Shown here piece by piece: positions 19,910-29,513 of a stretch of 64,000 bases of DNA. The notes under the pieces were generated by a model, which made no database searches, was not told the origin of the DNA, and worked only from the letters and a program-made list of their open reading frames with translations. This DNA comes from an uncultured Desulfobacter sp. (lineage in GTDB: Bacteria; Desulfobacterota; Desulfobacteria; Desulfobacterales; Desulfobacteraceae): positions 4,320,001 to 4,384,000 of the forward strand of contig OY762069.1 in assembly GCA_963665095.1 (NCBI GenBank), written 5' to 3'. The position numbers were made by a program, and so were the translations under genes. The stretch's first letter is position 1. Each line of letters starts with the position of its first letter.

Positions 19910-21388
19910 TCATGATATTTGAAATTTAATTTTCCCCTTGCTCAGCCTGACCTCTTTCCAGACAAAAAGATAAAAAACAATGAAGTATTCAAGACCTACC
20001 AGAGGTGCAAACCACAAATTGTCTCCAAGATTCTTATTTATCAGGTACAATGCCGATAATAAAAAAACAGGCTTGATGATTACGTTATAGTAATAACGTG
20101 TCTTCTCAATCTCAAGTTTTGTCAATGCATACCAAGGTGTGATGACAAGGCTTGTAATGATAAAAACAAATATAGAACTCACAGCAATCCCGTAAAAATC
20201 GAACATACGTAGGAAAATCAAGCTTGTAACCAACTTCAATACAGCTTCGGCAATACCTAAATATCCAAAAAATTTATTTTCCCCAATACCAATCAATACA
20301 TGAATAAGTATGCTCTGGCTCATAAACAGAATCTGAGAGAATAAAAGCAGCATCAAAATCTGCCAGGAGACATCATAACCGGGTCCCATCCACAACTCGA
20401 TAACCAGTCTGCCAAAAACCCCCATGAAAAGCAAAAAACCAAGCAGGAAGCTGATGGTGTATTTTGGCAGAAGCATACCCATTTTCTGAAGGCTTTCCAT
20501 CTCATTTTGTGCGTGCAGTTTGCTGGCAAAAGGCAGGATTGTTCCCCGGACCCCCTTTGGTATCATCTTGGCATATCTGCATAACGATTCACCAATGGAG
20601 TATAAAGTTACAACACGCATGTCAAAAAAAATCCCGACCAGAATCAGATCGGTCTTTTCCAGCAACCGCATTGATACCATTCTGATAAAATTGTAGAGGG
20701 TAAACATATAACTGCTTTTAATTGATTTCAAATCAAGGTTTTTAAATGAAATTTTAAAAAACGGTGCTATTTTCAATACGATAAATACATAAACCAGATT
20801 CCTTAACGCATCAATCCCCAGAACAAAAAGACCCGCGCCAATAATTCCATAGTTCATCTTCAAAACAACAATGATTCCTATGGATTTGATAATTGAAAAT
20901 ACAGTCAGGATTGCATTTCTTAAAACGAATTTTCGGTAGCAAAGGACAACGGACCGAAACGTATTGCAGACAAGTTCTATACCAAAATTTACCGCAGTAA
21001 TTATAAAAAGAATCTTTGTCTCAGAAACCTGATCCGACGGGATATTAAAAATAACTTCCAGTTTCCAAACCAGGCATGAAACGATAATCATCAGCAGACA
21101 GAAAACACACAAATAAAGAAAAAAAGCTGCTGTAATGATAGCGTTGGCTAAAGAAAAATCTTTCTGCTCTATGTATTGTGTAAAAAATTTCTGAATTGAT
21201 GAACTTATGCCAAAATCAAGCATCCCGTAATAAGCCGTAAATGACATTGCAAGAGACCAGATACCGTATCTTATATCTCCAAAACTGCTGACAATAATCG
21301 GTGTTGCAAAAAACGCGATAATATAGGCGAAAAAAGAGCCTGCCCAATTAGCAGCCGTTGCAATGCCAATCTCTTTTTTTAAGCTCAT
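19910..21388 (-). CDS. wzx: Wzx-type flippase / polysaccharide biosynthesis protein
   Basis: TPIIV..FG..RYGIW, LDFGIS, multi-TM, LWMGPGY. Confidence 0.82.
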   Translation of the reverse strand: MSLKKEIGIATAANWAGSFFAYIIAFFATPIIVSSFGDIRYGIWSLAMSFTAYYGMLDFGISSSIQKFFTQYIEQKDFSLANAIITAAFFLYLCVFCLLMIIVSCLVWKLEVIFNIPSDQVSETKILFIITAVNFGIELVCNTFRSVVLCYRKFVLRNAILTVFSIIKSIGIIVVLKMNYGIIGAGLFVLGIDALRNLVYVFIVLKIAPFFKISFKNLDLKSIKSSYMFTLYNFIRMVSMRLLEKTDLILVGIFFDMRVVTLYSIGESLCRYAKMIPKGVRGTILPFASKLHAQNEMESLQKMGMLLPKYTISFLLGFLLFMGVFGRLVIELWMGPGYDVSWQILMLLLFSQILFMSQSILIHVLIGIGENKFFGYLGIAEAVLKLVTSLIFLRMFDFYGIAVSSIFVFIITSLVITPWYALTKLEIEKTRYYYNVIIKPVFLLSALYLINKNLGDNLWFAPLVGLEYFIVFYLFVWKEVRLSKGKIKFQIS

Positions 21389-21399
21389 GATTCTATAAT

Positions 21400-22500
21400 T
21401 TAACTTTCAATAGAAGTGCGATACAGCTTTTCATAGTTATGAACCATGGATGAGATGCTGAACTGATGTTCCATCTTTTGCCTTGCCTTCATTCCGAACG
21501 CCCGTCTTTTAGCTTTGTCTTTTATCAGAATATCTAATTTTTCTGTTAACTGGGGGACAGCGCCCGAATCTATTATGAAGCCATTCTCCCCGTTATTAAT
21601 CAATCTGAAATTATCACCGACATCTGTGCCTATTACAGGTAAACCGCTGCTCATCGCCTCAAGAACCGTGTTGGACATCCCCTCGCTTAAAGACGGCAGA
21701 ACAAACACATCCATTTTCTTGTACATTTTTTCAATGTTGAACTGCTGCCCTGTAAATATCACCTGGTTTTCGATGCCAAGAGATTTTACCTGGTTTTTAA
21801 GCTCAGGCATGAGCGAGCCGTCTCCAACCAGCATTAATTTGATTTTTCTGTGATTGTTGAGAAGCTGATATGCAGCATCAATGAGAAGTTTCTGGTTTTT
21901 AACCGGTTCCATCCGTCCTACGGTTCCAATAACAACTTCGGTTTTCAAGCCATTTGATTGAAACTTGCCGGTATCCTGCAAGGGGCTAAATTTAGCTGTA
22001 TCAACGCCGTTGTCGATCACTTCTATTTTTGACTCAGGGAATCCGATTGTTTTTGCAAGGCGCGCTTTATGCTCCATGGATACTGACAATATCTGGTCTG
22101 CCAGGTAAAAAAACAGCTTCTGAATAATCCTTTGCTTTGGTTTGGCCTGGATGGTTCCATGCTCACCGTGAATTCTAACAGGCACACCTGCAACCATTGA
22201 AGGCAAAAACCCTTCAAGCAAGGTGCCCCATGAATGGGTATGCACGATGTCCGGCTGCCAATCTCTTATTACCCTGTAAACCTCAAAGGGGATACGGATG
22301 TCATTGCCATTACGCTTGGCTAACTCGAAAACAGTGACATCCTCATGCAGCCTTGGTACAAGCAGGCCCTCTTTTTGAAAGGTGCAAATGGATATATCAA
22401 AGGCCTTCTTATCAATGCCGTTTGCAATATTGACAACACCGTTCTCCGCACCACCGGGATTTAGCTGGTGGATCAAATGCATGACCCTGATCTTTTTCAT
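21400..22500 (-). CDS. GT4 glycosyltransferase (PEP-CTERM system-associated type)
   Basis: GGAENGVVN, IHGEHG, NGVDT, GTVGRMEPVKN, SEGMSNTVLEAM. Confidence 0.88.
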   Translation of the reverse strand: MKKIRVMHLIHQLNPGGAENGVVNIANGIDKKAFDISICTFQKEGLLVPRLHEDVTVFELAKRNGNDIRIPFEVYRVIRDWQPDIVHTHSWGTLLEGFLPSMVAGVPVRIHGEHGTIQAKPKQRIIQKLFFYLADQILSVSMEHKARLAKTIGFPESKIEVIDNGVDTAKFSPLQDTGKFQSNGLKTEVVIGTVGRMEPVKNQKLLIDAAYQLLNNHRKIKLMLVGDGSLMPELKNQVKSLGIENQVIFTGQQFNIEKMYKKMDVFVLPSLSEGMSNTVLEAMSSGLPVIGTDVGDNFRLINNGENGFIIDSGAVPQLTEKLDILIKDKAKRRAFGMKARQKMEHQFSISSMVHNYEKLYRTSIES

Positions 22501-22506
22501 TGTTAG

Positions 22507-23832
22507 CTACCAGCAGACCCCGTCATACTGATCCGGCAGGCCGTCAAGATTTTTTTGGAGGCGGACCAGGTCTACTATTTTTTTGTCATTTCCCATGATG
22601 CTTAATGCGTTAACGAATTCCTCGGCTTTGTTACCTATGACCACCACATCGGCATGGGAAACAACCGATTCAAGATTGTCAGTCATAAGGGATGATATAT
22701 GCGGAATTTCCTTTTCAATATACTCCTTGTTTGCGCCAAACAGGCTGGCAAGGGAGACGTTTTTGTCGTAAACTTTGATATCAAATCCCTTACCTATCAA
22801 GGCTTCTGTCAGAATAACGATTGGAGATTCCCTTAAATCATCCGTACCGGCTTTAAAGCTAAGCCCTAAAATGCCAACCTTTTTTAATCCTGTTTTGACT
22901 ATCTGATTAATGACTCTGTTTATATGGATCATATTGGTTTTCATGATCGAATTAAGTACAGGCGCCTCAATATCCAGGTTTTTTGCTTTGTAAGTTATTG
23001 CCCGCAGATCCTTTGGCAGGCATGATCCGCCAAATGCAAAGCCAGGCTTGAGATAGTAGGGAGAAAGATTGAGTTTGGTATCCATGCAGAAAATATTCAT
23101 TACCTGGTGACTGTCAATGCCCATGGCCTTGCATATCACCCCGATCTCATTGGCAAAACTGACCTTTAGTGCATGGTAGGTATTATTGGCATACTTTACC
23201 ATTTCAGCCGTTTTGATATCTGTCCTGACAATGGGCGCATCAAGAAACGCATACATTTTTTCAAGAAGATCCCCAGTCCTCTCATCTATTTGTCCAATTA
23301 CTGTCACCGGAGGATTATAAAAATCTTCAATGGATGTGCTTTCCCTTAAAAATTCAGGGTTCATGGCCACGCCAAAATCAAGAGCTGCCTTTTTGCCGGA
23401 AACAGCTTCGATCTCTTTTACAATTACATCTTCCACAGATCCTGGAAGCATGGTGCTTCGAGCCACAACAACATGATAATCTGTTTTTGATTTCAGACTG
23501 TTCCCAATATCTGCGGCACACCTTTTTACATAATCAAGGCGCAAACTGCCATTTTCATTGCTGGGCGTTCCAACACAAATCAAAGAAATCTCAGTGTCCA
23601 TGACTGCTGTTTGCACATCTGCCGTGGCATAAAGAGATCCACCGGTTTTTGATCCAACAACCTCTTTAAGCAGTTGATCCAGTCCCTTTTCAATAATGGG
23701 ACTTTTGGCCGCATTTATTATATCAACCTTATTGTGACTGATATCAACTCCGACAACGTAATGGCCCTGTTTTGCAAGACAAGCCGCAGATACACAGCCA
23801 ACATATCCTAACCCAAACACTGAAATTCTCAT
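22507..23832 (-). CDS. Nucleotide-sugar 6-dehydrogenase, GDP-mannose dehydrogenase (AlgD)-like
   Basis: FGLGYVG, ICVGTPS, NPEFLRE, YLKPGFAFGGSCLPKD, GLSFKAGTDDLRESP. Confidence 0.85.
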   Translation of the reverse strand: MRISVFGLGYVGCVSAACLAKQGHYVVGVDISHNKVDIINAAKSPIIEKGLDQLLKEVVGSKTGGSLYATADVQTAVMDTEISLICVGTPSNENGSLRLDYVKRCAADIGNSLKSKTDYHVVVARSTMLPGSVEDVIVKEIEAVSGKKAALDFGVAMNPEFLRESTSIEDFYNPPVTVIGQIDERTGDLLEKMYAFLDAPIVRTDIKTAEMVKYANNTYHALKVSFANEIGVICKAMGIDSHQVMNIFCMDTKLNLSPYYLKPGFAFGGSCLPKDLRAITYKAKNLDIEAPVLNSIMKTNMIHINRVINQIVKTGLKKVGILGLSFKAGTDDLRESPIVILTEALIGKGFDIKVYDKNVSLASLFGANKEYIEKEIPHISSLMTDNLESVVSHADVVVIGNKAEEFVNALSIMGNDKKIVDLVRLQKNLDGLPDQYDGVCW

Positions 23833-23865
23833 TTATTTCTCCATCTTTTGAATTTCAAAAAATAT

Positions 23866-24858
23866 TTATTCGAAGCATACCTGATACATTATTTCAGACA
23901 GGGCTTTGGTCACACGGATCCTTTTTAATGTAAAAGGGTCACTTAAGGTATTTGCGGTTCCGTTATTTGAGGTTGTTGCCGTATGAAATCCCGCCTTTTT
24001 TACCATCCCAATGATTTCGTCATTGTAATAATCATACTTTCCCCCGTTGGGATAAGAGAAATGATGGGTTGGCTTACCTGTTGCTTCAAAGATCCTGGTC
24101 TTGCACGTCTCAATTTCCCTAAAAGCGTCAATAGGGGAGGCATTGGGAAGGTTCAAATGGGTGGCGGTATGTCCGCCAATTGTCATCCCGTTATCAGACA
24201 TTTCCTTTACCTGCTCCCAGGAAAGCATGACTTGCGATGATTTTTCACTAAAATCATGCACATCTGTTGTCTGCAAACGAATTTGATGCCTGATCTCCTC
24301 CCTTAAGGCAAGATCATTGGACTTAATCAGTGCTATGACTGTTCTTGTTGCCTTCTGCTTTTCGTCTGCGCCAGACAAAGAAATCAGCATTTCTTTACCC
24401 TTTGTGTTTAAAACGATTTTTGAAGCATTGGTCTGGGTGAGCAGATAAATAACCTCAAATAGCCACAAAGGCTCCTGGTTTCCTATACATGCAGTGGCTA
24501 TATAAAAGGTGCCAGTGGCATTATATTTTTTTAATATCCTGTATGCCTGGTAGTTATCCTGGTACCCGTCATCAAAGGTGAACACGACCGCTCTTTCAGG
24601 GAATTTTTCATGATTATCCAGACATTTTTTAACCATATCCAGTGATATGATATTAAAATGTTTTGCAAAATATTGAACATGGGACTCAAATATTTTAGGA
24701 TCCAGGCCTATATTGGGCTGGCAATAATAATTCTTTTCAGGTTCAATTATGGAATGGTATCGTAAAATAGCCAGGGTTTTCCCATTTCTGAACTTGACCC
24801 CTAACTTTAACAAGCCCGCCCTTTGAAGCGCATTTTTTATTACTTTTGAATATCTCAT
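23866..24858 (-). CDS. Polysaccharide deacetylase (CE4/NodB)
   Basis: LRYHS, FTFDDGY, GGHTATH, FSYPNG. Confidence 0.85.
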   Translation of the reverse strand: MRYSKVIKNALQRAGLLKLGVKFRNGKTLAILRYHSIIEPEKNYYCQPNIGLDPKIFESHVQYFAKHFNIISLDMVKKCLDNHEKFPERAVVFTFDDGYQDNYQAYRILKKYNATGTFYIATACIGNQEPLWLFEVIYLLTQTNASKIVLNTKGKEMLISLSGADEKQKATRTVIALIKSNDLALREEIRHQIRLQTTDVHDFSEKSSQVMLSWEQVKEMSDNGMTIGGHTATHLNLPNASPIDAFREIETCKTRIFEATGKPTHHFSYPNGGKYDYYNDEIIGMVKKAGFHTATTSNNGTANTLSDPFTLKRIRVTKALSEIMYQVCFE

Positions 24859-24864
24859 AACTGT

Positions 24865-26070
24865 CTAATCAACCGTTTTCATACAAATATCGGAAAAAAT
24901 ATTTGCGACAACCGGCCATCCGAAGTTAGCTTCGACATAGATTCTGGCATTTTTCCCTAAAGATTCCCGCGTCTGTGCCTCATTGAACAGCTTTATAATC
25001 TGTTTTGCAAAATCTTCCGCCGGGTCGGCAAGGATGAGATGCGTACCATTTTCAACAGGTAACCCTTCTGCCCCGACTACTGTTGAAACAATGGGTTTAC
25101 CCATGGCCATTGCCTCGTAAATTTTCATTCGGGTACCGCCGCCGATCCGTATCGGGACAATAAACACCTGGCCTTTTTCTATATAAGGCCTGGTATCATC
25201 CACCCATCCGGTAAGGGTCACTTCAGGTGTGTTGCCAACTATTTTTGATAAAGAGCCCGAAGGATTTCGGCCAATTACAGTTAACGTTATGTCCGGGACG
25301 CTCTTTTTTATCTCTGGCAAAATGTCATTGATAAAGAAAAATACCGCATCCTCATTGGGCAACCAGTCCATGGAGCCGCAGAATACCAAACTGGATTTAA
25401 TTTCCTTGCGGTCGGTACTAACATTGTAATAGTCTAAATCCACACCTGTGGGAATAGTACTGACATTGTCAGCGCCGTACAACTTCTGAAACAGCCGCTT
25501 ATCATCTTCGGATACAGCGATGACTGAATTAAATTTTTTGCAGGCCGCTTTTTCAAAAAACGACATTTTTTTCCACTGCAGCCACCAGAACATTCTGGCC
25601 AGGATTCCGCTGTTTTGTTCAACATGCCTTTTGGCAATCATGGCTTCAACATTATGCTGGAACAACAGGGTGGGCAGCTTGCTGACCTCTTTAAACAAAA
25701 GGGCGGACTGGACAAAATCGCAGATGGCAATATCGTAGCTATTTTTATCCAGTTCATCTTCCACCGCATTCTTTAACATAGTGGAATAATCATTGAGCGC
25801 GCTGACCGGGTATTTTGAAAACATCTGGAAAAACAACCGGATAAAAAACAGAGCCGATCCTTTCCGGATCTCTTTCCAGTTAACCGCTATAAATTTATTA
25901 CAAAACTGATCTACTTCTTTTATCCATTTATCATCTTTAGGTGACTCAACATTGGATATCAAAGTAATCTCATGTTTTTTTGACAAATGCCTAAGGATAT
26001 TTCCTGTTCTGATTTTTCCGCCCGTATCCATGGGCAACAAAAAACGTTGTGATAAAAATAGTATCTTCAA
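24865..26070 (-). CDS. GT4 glycosyltransferase
   Basis: DTGGKIRT, FQHNVE, FCGSMDWLPNED, GGGTRMKIYEAMAMG. Confidence 0.88.
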   Translation of the reverse strand: MKILFLSQRFLLPMDTGGKIRTGNILRHLSKKHEITLISNVESPKDDKWIKEVDQFCNKFIAVNWKEIRKGSALFFIRLFFQMFSKYPVSALNDYSTMLKNAVEDELDKNSYDIAICDFVQSALLFKEVSKLPTLLFQHNVEAMIAKRHVEQNSGILARMFWWLQWKKMSFFEKAACKKFNSVIAVSEDDKRLFQKLYGADNVSTIPTGVDLDYYNVSTDRKEIKSSLVFCGSMDWLPNEDAVFFFINDILPEIKKSVPDITLTVIGRNPSGSLSKIVGNTPEVTLTGWVDDTRPYIEKGQVFIVPIRIGGGTRMKIYEAMAMGKPIVSTVVGAEGLPVENGTHLILADPAEDFAKQIIKLFNEAQTRESLGKNARIYVEANFGWPVVANIFSDICMKTVD

Positions 26071-26864
26071 TCCAAATCCCTAACTTTCGGCCTTCTAAAA
26101 CAGTATTTATGTTTCGTGAAATAGTATAACAACCCTGCAATATGGTTAATTAGTGCCTGATTTATTTTAAAGCCCCTGGAAATTTCCTGTGTATGATGAA
26201 TAATTTTAAACAACGGGGTGTAGATCACCTCAAAGCCTGCCTTCCAGACCCTAAGGCAATAGTCGACATCCTCCGGCGCATAAAAAATTTTTTCATCAAG
26301 CAATCCTACGGTTTTAAGCACTGTTCTATCCATCATCCAGCATGCAGAAATAGCGTAATCCACCTTGACAGGGCCTTTGGGCACAATCAAATGTTCTTTT
26401 GCCTCCATTTTTCTTAAAAAAAAATATCGCATAAATTTTCTGGTCACCGTCGGGAACTGATCTGTTGACTTCTGTAAATTTCCGTTGGGATAATAAATCC
26501 GGGGGACAGCAATGCCTGATTTCCTGTTTTGTTTTAATGTTGAAACCAGCCCTTCAATACTCCCTGGGAAAAATTCGATATCAGAATCTGATATGCAAAC
26601 ATAGGTTCCGGCGGCTTTTTTTAATGCAATGTTCCTTGAGACAGTTGTGCCTTTGTTTTCATTCAGAAAAACCGTTATAAGATTTAAAGATTCTTTCTTT
26701 TTATACTCATTTAAAATTGTCAATGTTTTGTCTGAAGAGCCATTATCAACCACAAATATTTCAAATTCATAGCAACTGCCCTCCATGGTTTTGCAAATGG
26801 AATTCAGGCAGTTGCTAATATATTGTTCAGAGTTCCAGGTCAATATAACAAAGGAAATGTCCAT
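26067..26864 (-). CDS. GT2 glycosyltransferase (rhamnosyltransferase-like)
   Basis: VILTWNS, VVDNGSSD, DSD, FYAPEDVDYCLR. Confidence 0.85.
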   Translation of the reverse strand: MDISFVILTWNSEQYISNCLNSICKTMEGSCYEFEIFVVDNGSSDKTLTILNEYKKKESLNLITVFLNENKGTTVSRNIALKKAAGTYVCISDSDIEFFPGSIEGLVSTLKQNRKSGIAVPRIYYPNGNLQKSTDQFPTVTRKFMRYFFLRKMEAKEHLIVPKGPVKVDYAISACWMMDRTVLKTVGLLDEKIFYAPEDVDYCLRVWKAGFEVIYTPLFKIIHHTQEISRGFKINQALINHIAGLLYYFTKHKYCFRRPKVRDLD

Positions 26865-27032
26865 TATAGTTTTATATACCGCCTTGCAATCCGGCGGGTC
26901 TCCTTAAATATCGGCTCTGTTGGTTTTTGTAGACCTGACAAATTAACTTAATTGTTGAAACTGTGAGTAAATAACCGCGATTTTAGGCACTTAATGTAGC
27001 CATTTTATGCCCGAAAATGCCGGTTAAAAAAT

Positions 27033-28124
27033 TCACAAGGAAATATATTTTCTGGTCATGCTACCGAACACTTTAAAGACGGATACCGGCATTTTCATGA
27101 TCAGGCTTTCTGCTTTTTCTCTATTTCCAGAGACCGTAGATCTATCGGGCCGGGCTAAAGGCTGCAGCCGGCGATTGTGGTTCCACGCTGCGGGCTTAAA
27201 ATTCGCCCAATGCAAGGGAGATGGTTCCGCCCCCCATTGTTTTTTAAAACTGTAAGTGCCTTCCCCAAGGGTGGACCTGCCAAAATCAAACATGGGATAG
27301 TGGTGGTCTGCTGCAAATTTCAAAAATGCCCAGTACAGCATCATGTTGGGGTTCCATCGGTTGTACCGGCGAAGGGAGGATGCCCAGGGCACGGACACCA
27401 TGCGGGGATGGCACAGCAGGATCCCGCCGGCAGCCGGGGTGCGGTCCGGCATCCGCACAACGAACAACACTGCCCTGTTTTTAAACTGTAAGAGTATCTG
27501 GCGGATCCATTCTCTGGTATGCACGGGAGAGCCCAGATCCCGCATATTTTCGGCAAACAGTGGATAGAACGCATCCAGGAGCTCTCGTCCGCCTGACTGG
27601 ACGGTCAGGCCGTCCCTGAGGGGTTTTTTCGCCTGGCTTCGAACCTTGGCTTTGAGGCCACCCATCAGGGTGTCCGCACTGTCCGGCAGGGGCAGCAGCA
27701 TACGGACTTTGCCTGGGTTGACAGTCGTTTCAGGAGGCAGCCCGGCCATGGGGTGGGCCGACCGGATGGACACTGAGTGGATATGCAGTGTCCGGGCAAG
27801 ATCCAGAGCCCGAAATATCAGGTCCCGTTCTATCTCCGGGGTGTCGGCCAGGGGGCCTGCAGCATCGCAGTAGGGCGCTGAAACCAGGGTGCCGGGCATC
27901 AGGGGCGGATGGATGTGCACCAAGGGCAGGATTCCGCGGATGCAGTCTCGGGTTCCGGCGGTCAAATAGAAGCCTTTGAATCCATATGCCGCCGCCACCG
28001 CCTTTTGCCAGGCGGACAAATGGTATGCAAGGCCTCGGGGATGTTTCAGCACATAGCTGTCAATTAATGACGCGGGCATTGTCAAAGAAAGCACCCCTGA
28101 ATCCGATTTTTTCCGGTTAGCCAA
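27033..28124 (-). CDS. FemAB-related GNAT protein, PEP-CTERM system-associated
   Basis: NMRDLGSPVH, PNMMLYW, FDFGRST, FKKQWGAEP; exact start uncertain. Confidence 0.85.
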   Translation of the reverse strand: MANRKKSDSGVLSLTMPASLIDSYVLKHPRGLAYHLSAWQKAVAAAYGFKGFYLTAGTRDCIRGILPLVHIHPPLMPGTLVSAPYCDAAGPLADTPEIERDLIFRALDLARTLHIHSVSIRSAHPMAGLPPETTVNPGKVRMLLPLPDSADTLMGGLKAKVRSQAKKPLRDGLTVQSGGRELLDAFYPLFAENMRDLGSPVHTREWIRQILLQFKNRAVLFVVRMPDRTPAAGGILLCHPRMVSVPWASSLRRYNRWNPNMMLYWAFLKFAADHHYPMFDFGRSTLGEGTYSFKKQWGAEPSPLHWANFKPAAWNHNRRLQPLARPDRSTVSGNREKAESLIMKMPVSVFKVFGSMTRKYISL

Positions 28125-28175
28125 CTACAAGCCATAATTTTTCAAATGCATCAAAAATTTTATCATCCGTTCTCC

Positions 28176-29465
28176 TTACAGCCGCCAGAACGGGATGCCG
28201 ACCTGTTTGACCTGATTTGGGTCCAGCATGCATTTGACATCTATCAGGCCACCCATTGGGTTTAATTTCCCAGTAAAAGCACCCAGGGGTTTATTCCGGT
28301 ACCAGCCATGGGGGACGGCCAGAATCAATGCGCCAAGATCCGTCAGTTCTTCCCATGGTTTGAGATCCACATTGTAATACTGTTTTGCTTCTTCAGGGGC
28401 AGCCATGGGATCGTGGACCAGGACCTCGCAGCCGTATGACTTCAATTCAGAGATAATATCCACAACACGGGTGTTTCTTAAATCCGGGCAGTCTTCCTTA
28501 AATGTAAGTCCCAGGACACCGACCTTGGCACCTTTGATCAGTTGAGATGAGGAGATCATCATTTTAATGGTTTTTTCCACCACGAATTTGCCCATGTTGT
28601 CATTGATTCTCCGGCCGGCCAGGATGACTTCGGGATGATAGCCTTCGCTCTGGGCTTTATATGTCAGGTAGTACGGATCTACGCCGATGCAGTGGCCGCC
28701 AACCAGGCCGGGGAAAAATTTCAGAAAATTCCATTTGGAGCCTGCTGCTTCCAGTACATTTTTGGTATCAATGCCCAGACGGTCAAAAATCAGGGCCAGC
28801 TCGTTCATCAATGCAATGTTAAGGTCGCGCTGTGTATTTTCGATAACTTTTGCGGCTTCAGCCTCTTTAATTGTTTTTGTCCGGTGAACACCTGCTTCTA
28901 CAATAGATTCATATAGAGCCGCCACTTTTCCAAGGGTCTCTTCATTGTCACCGGAAACCACCTTAACTATCTTTGTAAGGGTATGTTCCTTATCCCCGGG
29001 ATTGATTCTTTCCGGGGAATATCCTACATGGAACTCTTCTTTCCAGGTCATGCCGGACTCTTTTTCCAGAATGGGCACGCAGATCTCCTCGGTGACACCG
29101 GGATATACTGTAGATTCAAATACGACAATACAGCCCTTCTTCATCACTTTCCCCACTGTGCGAGACGCACTTTCAACCGGAAAAAGATCAGGCTGTCTTG
29201 CATTGTCTATGGGTGTAGGAACGGCCACCACAATAATATCAGCCTCCGACATGCGTTCTGGATCAGTGGTCGGTGTGAACTTTACTGCCTTCTCAAACTC
29301 CTCTGTTGAAACTTCCCCGGTGGGATCCTTATGGGCCAGGCTGTTGTCTACAATGGCCTGTTTTAGATCAAAACCGATGGTTTGATATTTTGTACCAAAA
29401 TGTATGGCAAGAGGAAGGCCGACATAACCAAGGCCAACAACAGCTATTTTCGTATCTTTTTCCAA
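28176..29465 (-). CDS. UDP-N-acetylhexosamine 6-dehydrogenase (TviB/WbpO-like)
   Basis: VGLGYVGLPLA, ESTVYPG, YSPERINPGD, PGLVGGHCIGVDPYY, GLTFKEDCPDLRN. Confidence 0.9.
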   Translation of the reverse strand: MEKDTKIAVVGLGYVGLPLAIHFGTKYQTIGFDLKQAIVDNSLAHKDPTGEVSTEEFEKAVKFTPTTDPERMSEADIIVVAVPTPIDNARQPDLFPVESASRTVGKVMKKGCIVVFESTVYPGVTEEICVPILEKESGMTWKEEFHVGYSPERINPGDKEHTLTKIVKVVSGDNEETLGKVAALYESIVEAGVHRTKTIKEAEAAKVIENTQRDLNIALMNELALIFDRLGIDTKNVLEAAGSKWNFLKFFPGLVGGHCIGVDPYYLTYKAQSEGYHPEVILAGRRINDNMGKFVVEKTIKMMISSSQLIKGAKVGVLGLTFKEDCPDLRNTRVVDIISELKSYGCEVLVHDPMAAPEEAKQYYNVDLKPWEELTDLGALILAVPHGWYRNKPLGAFTGKLNPMGGLIDVKCMLDPNQVKQVGIPFWRL

Positions 29466-29513
29466 TCTATTTTATCCTCGGTATTATAATTTAAATATTA
29501 ATGGCGGAATCGT

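Noticed and set aside
22507..23832. Alginate biosynthesis operon
   Set aside because: Only an AlgD-like dehydrogenase is present; there are no alg8/alg44/algE-type genes, and the locus is Wzx/Wzy-type.
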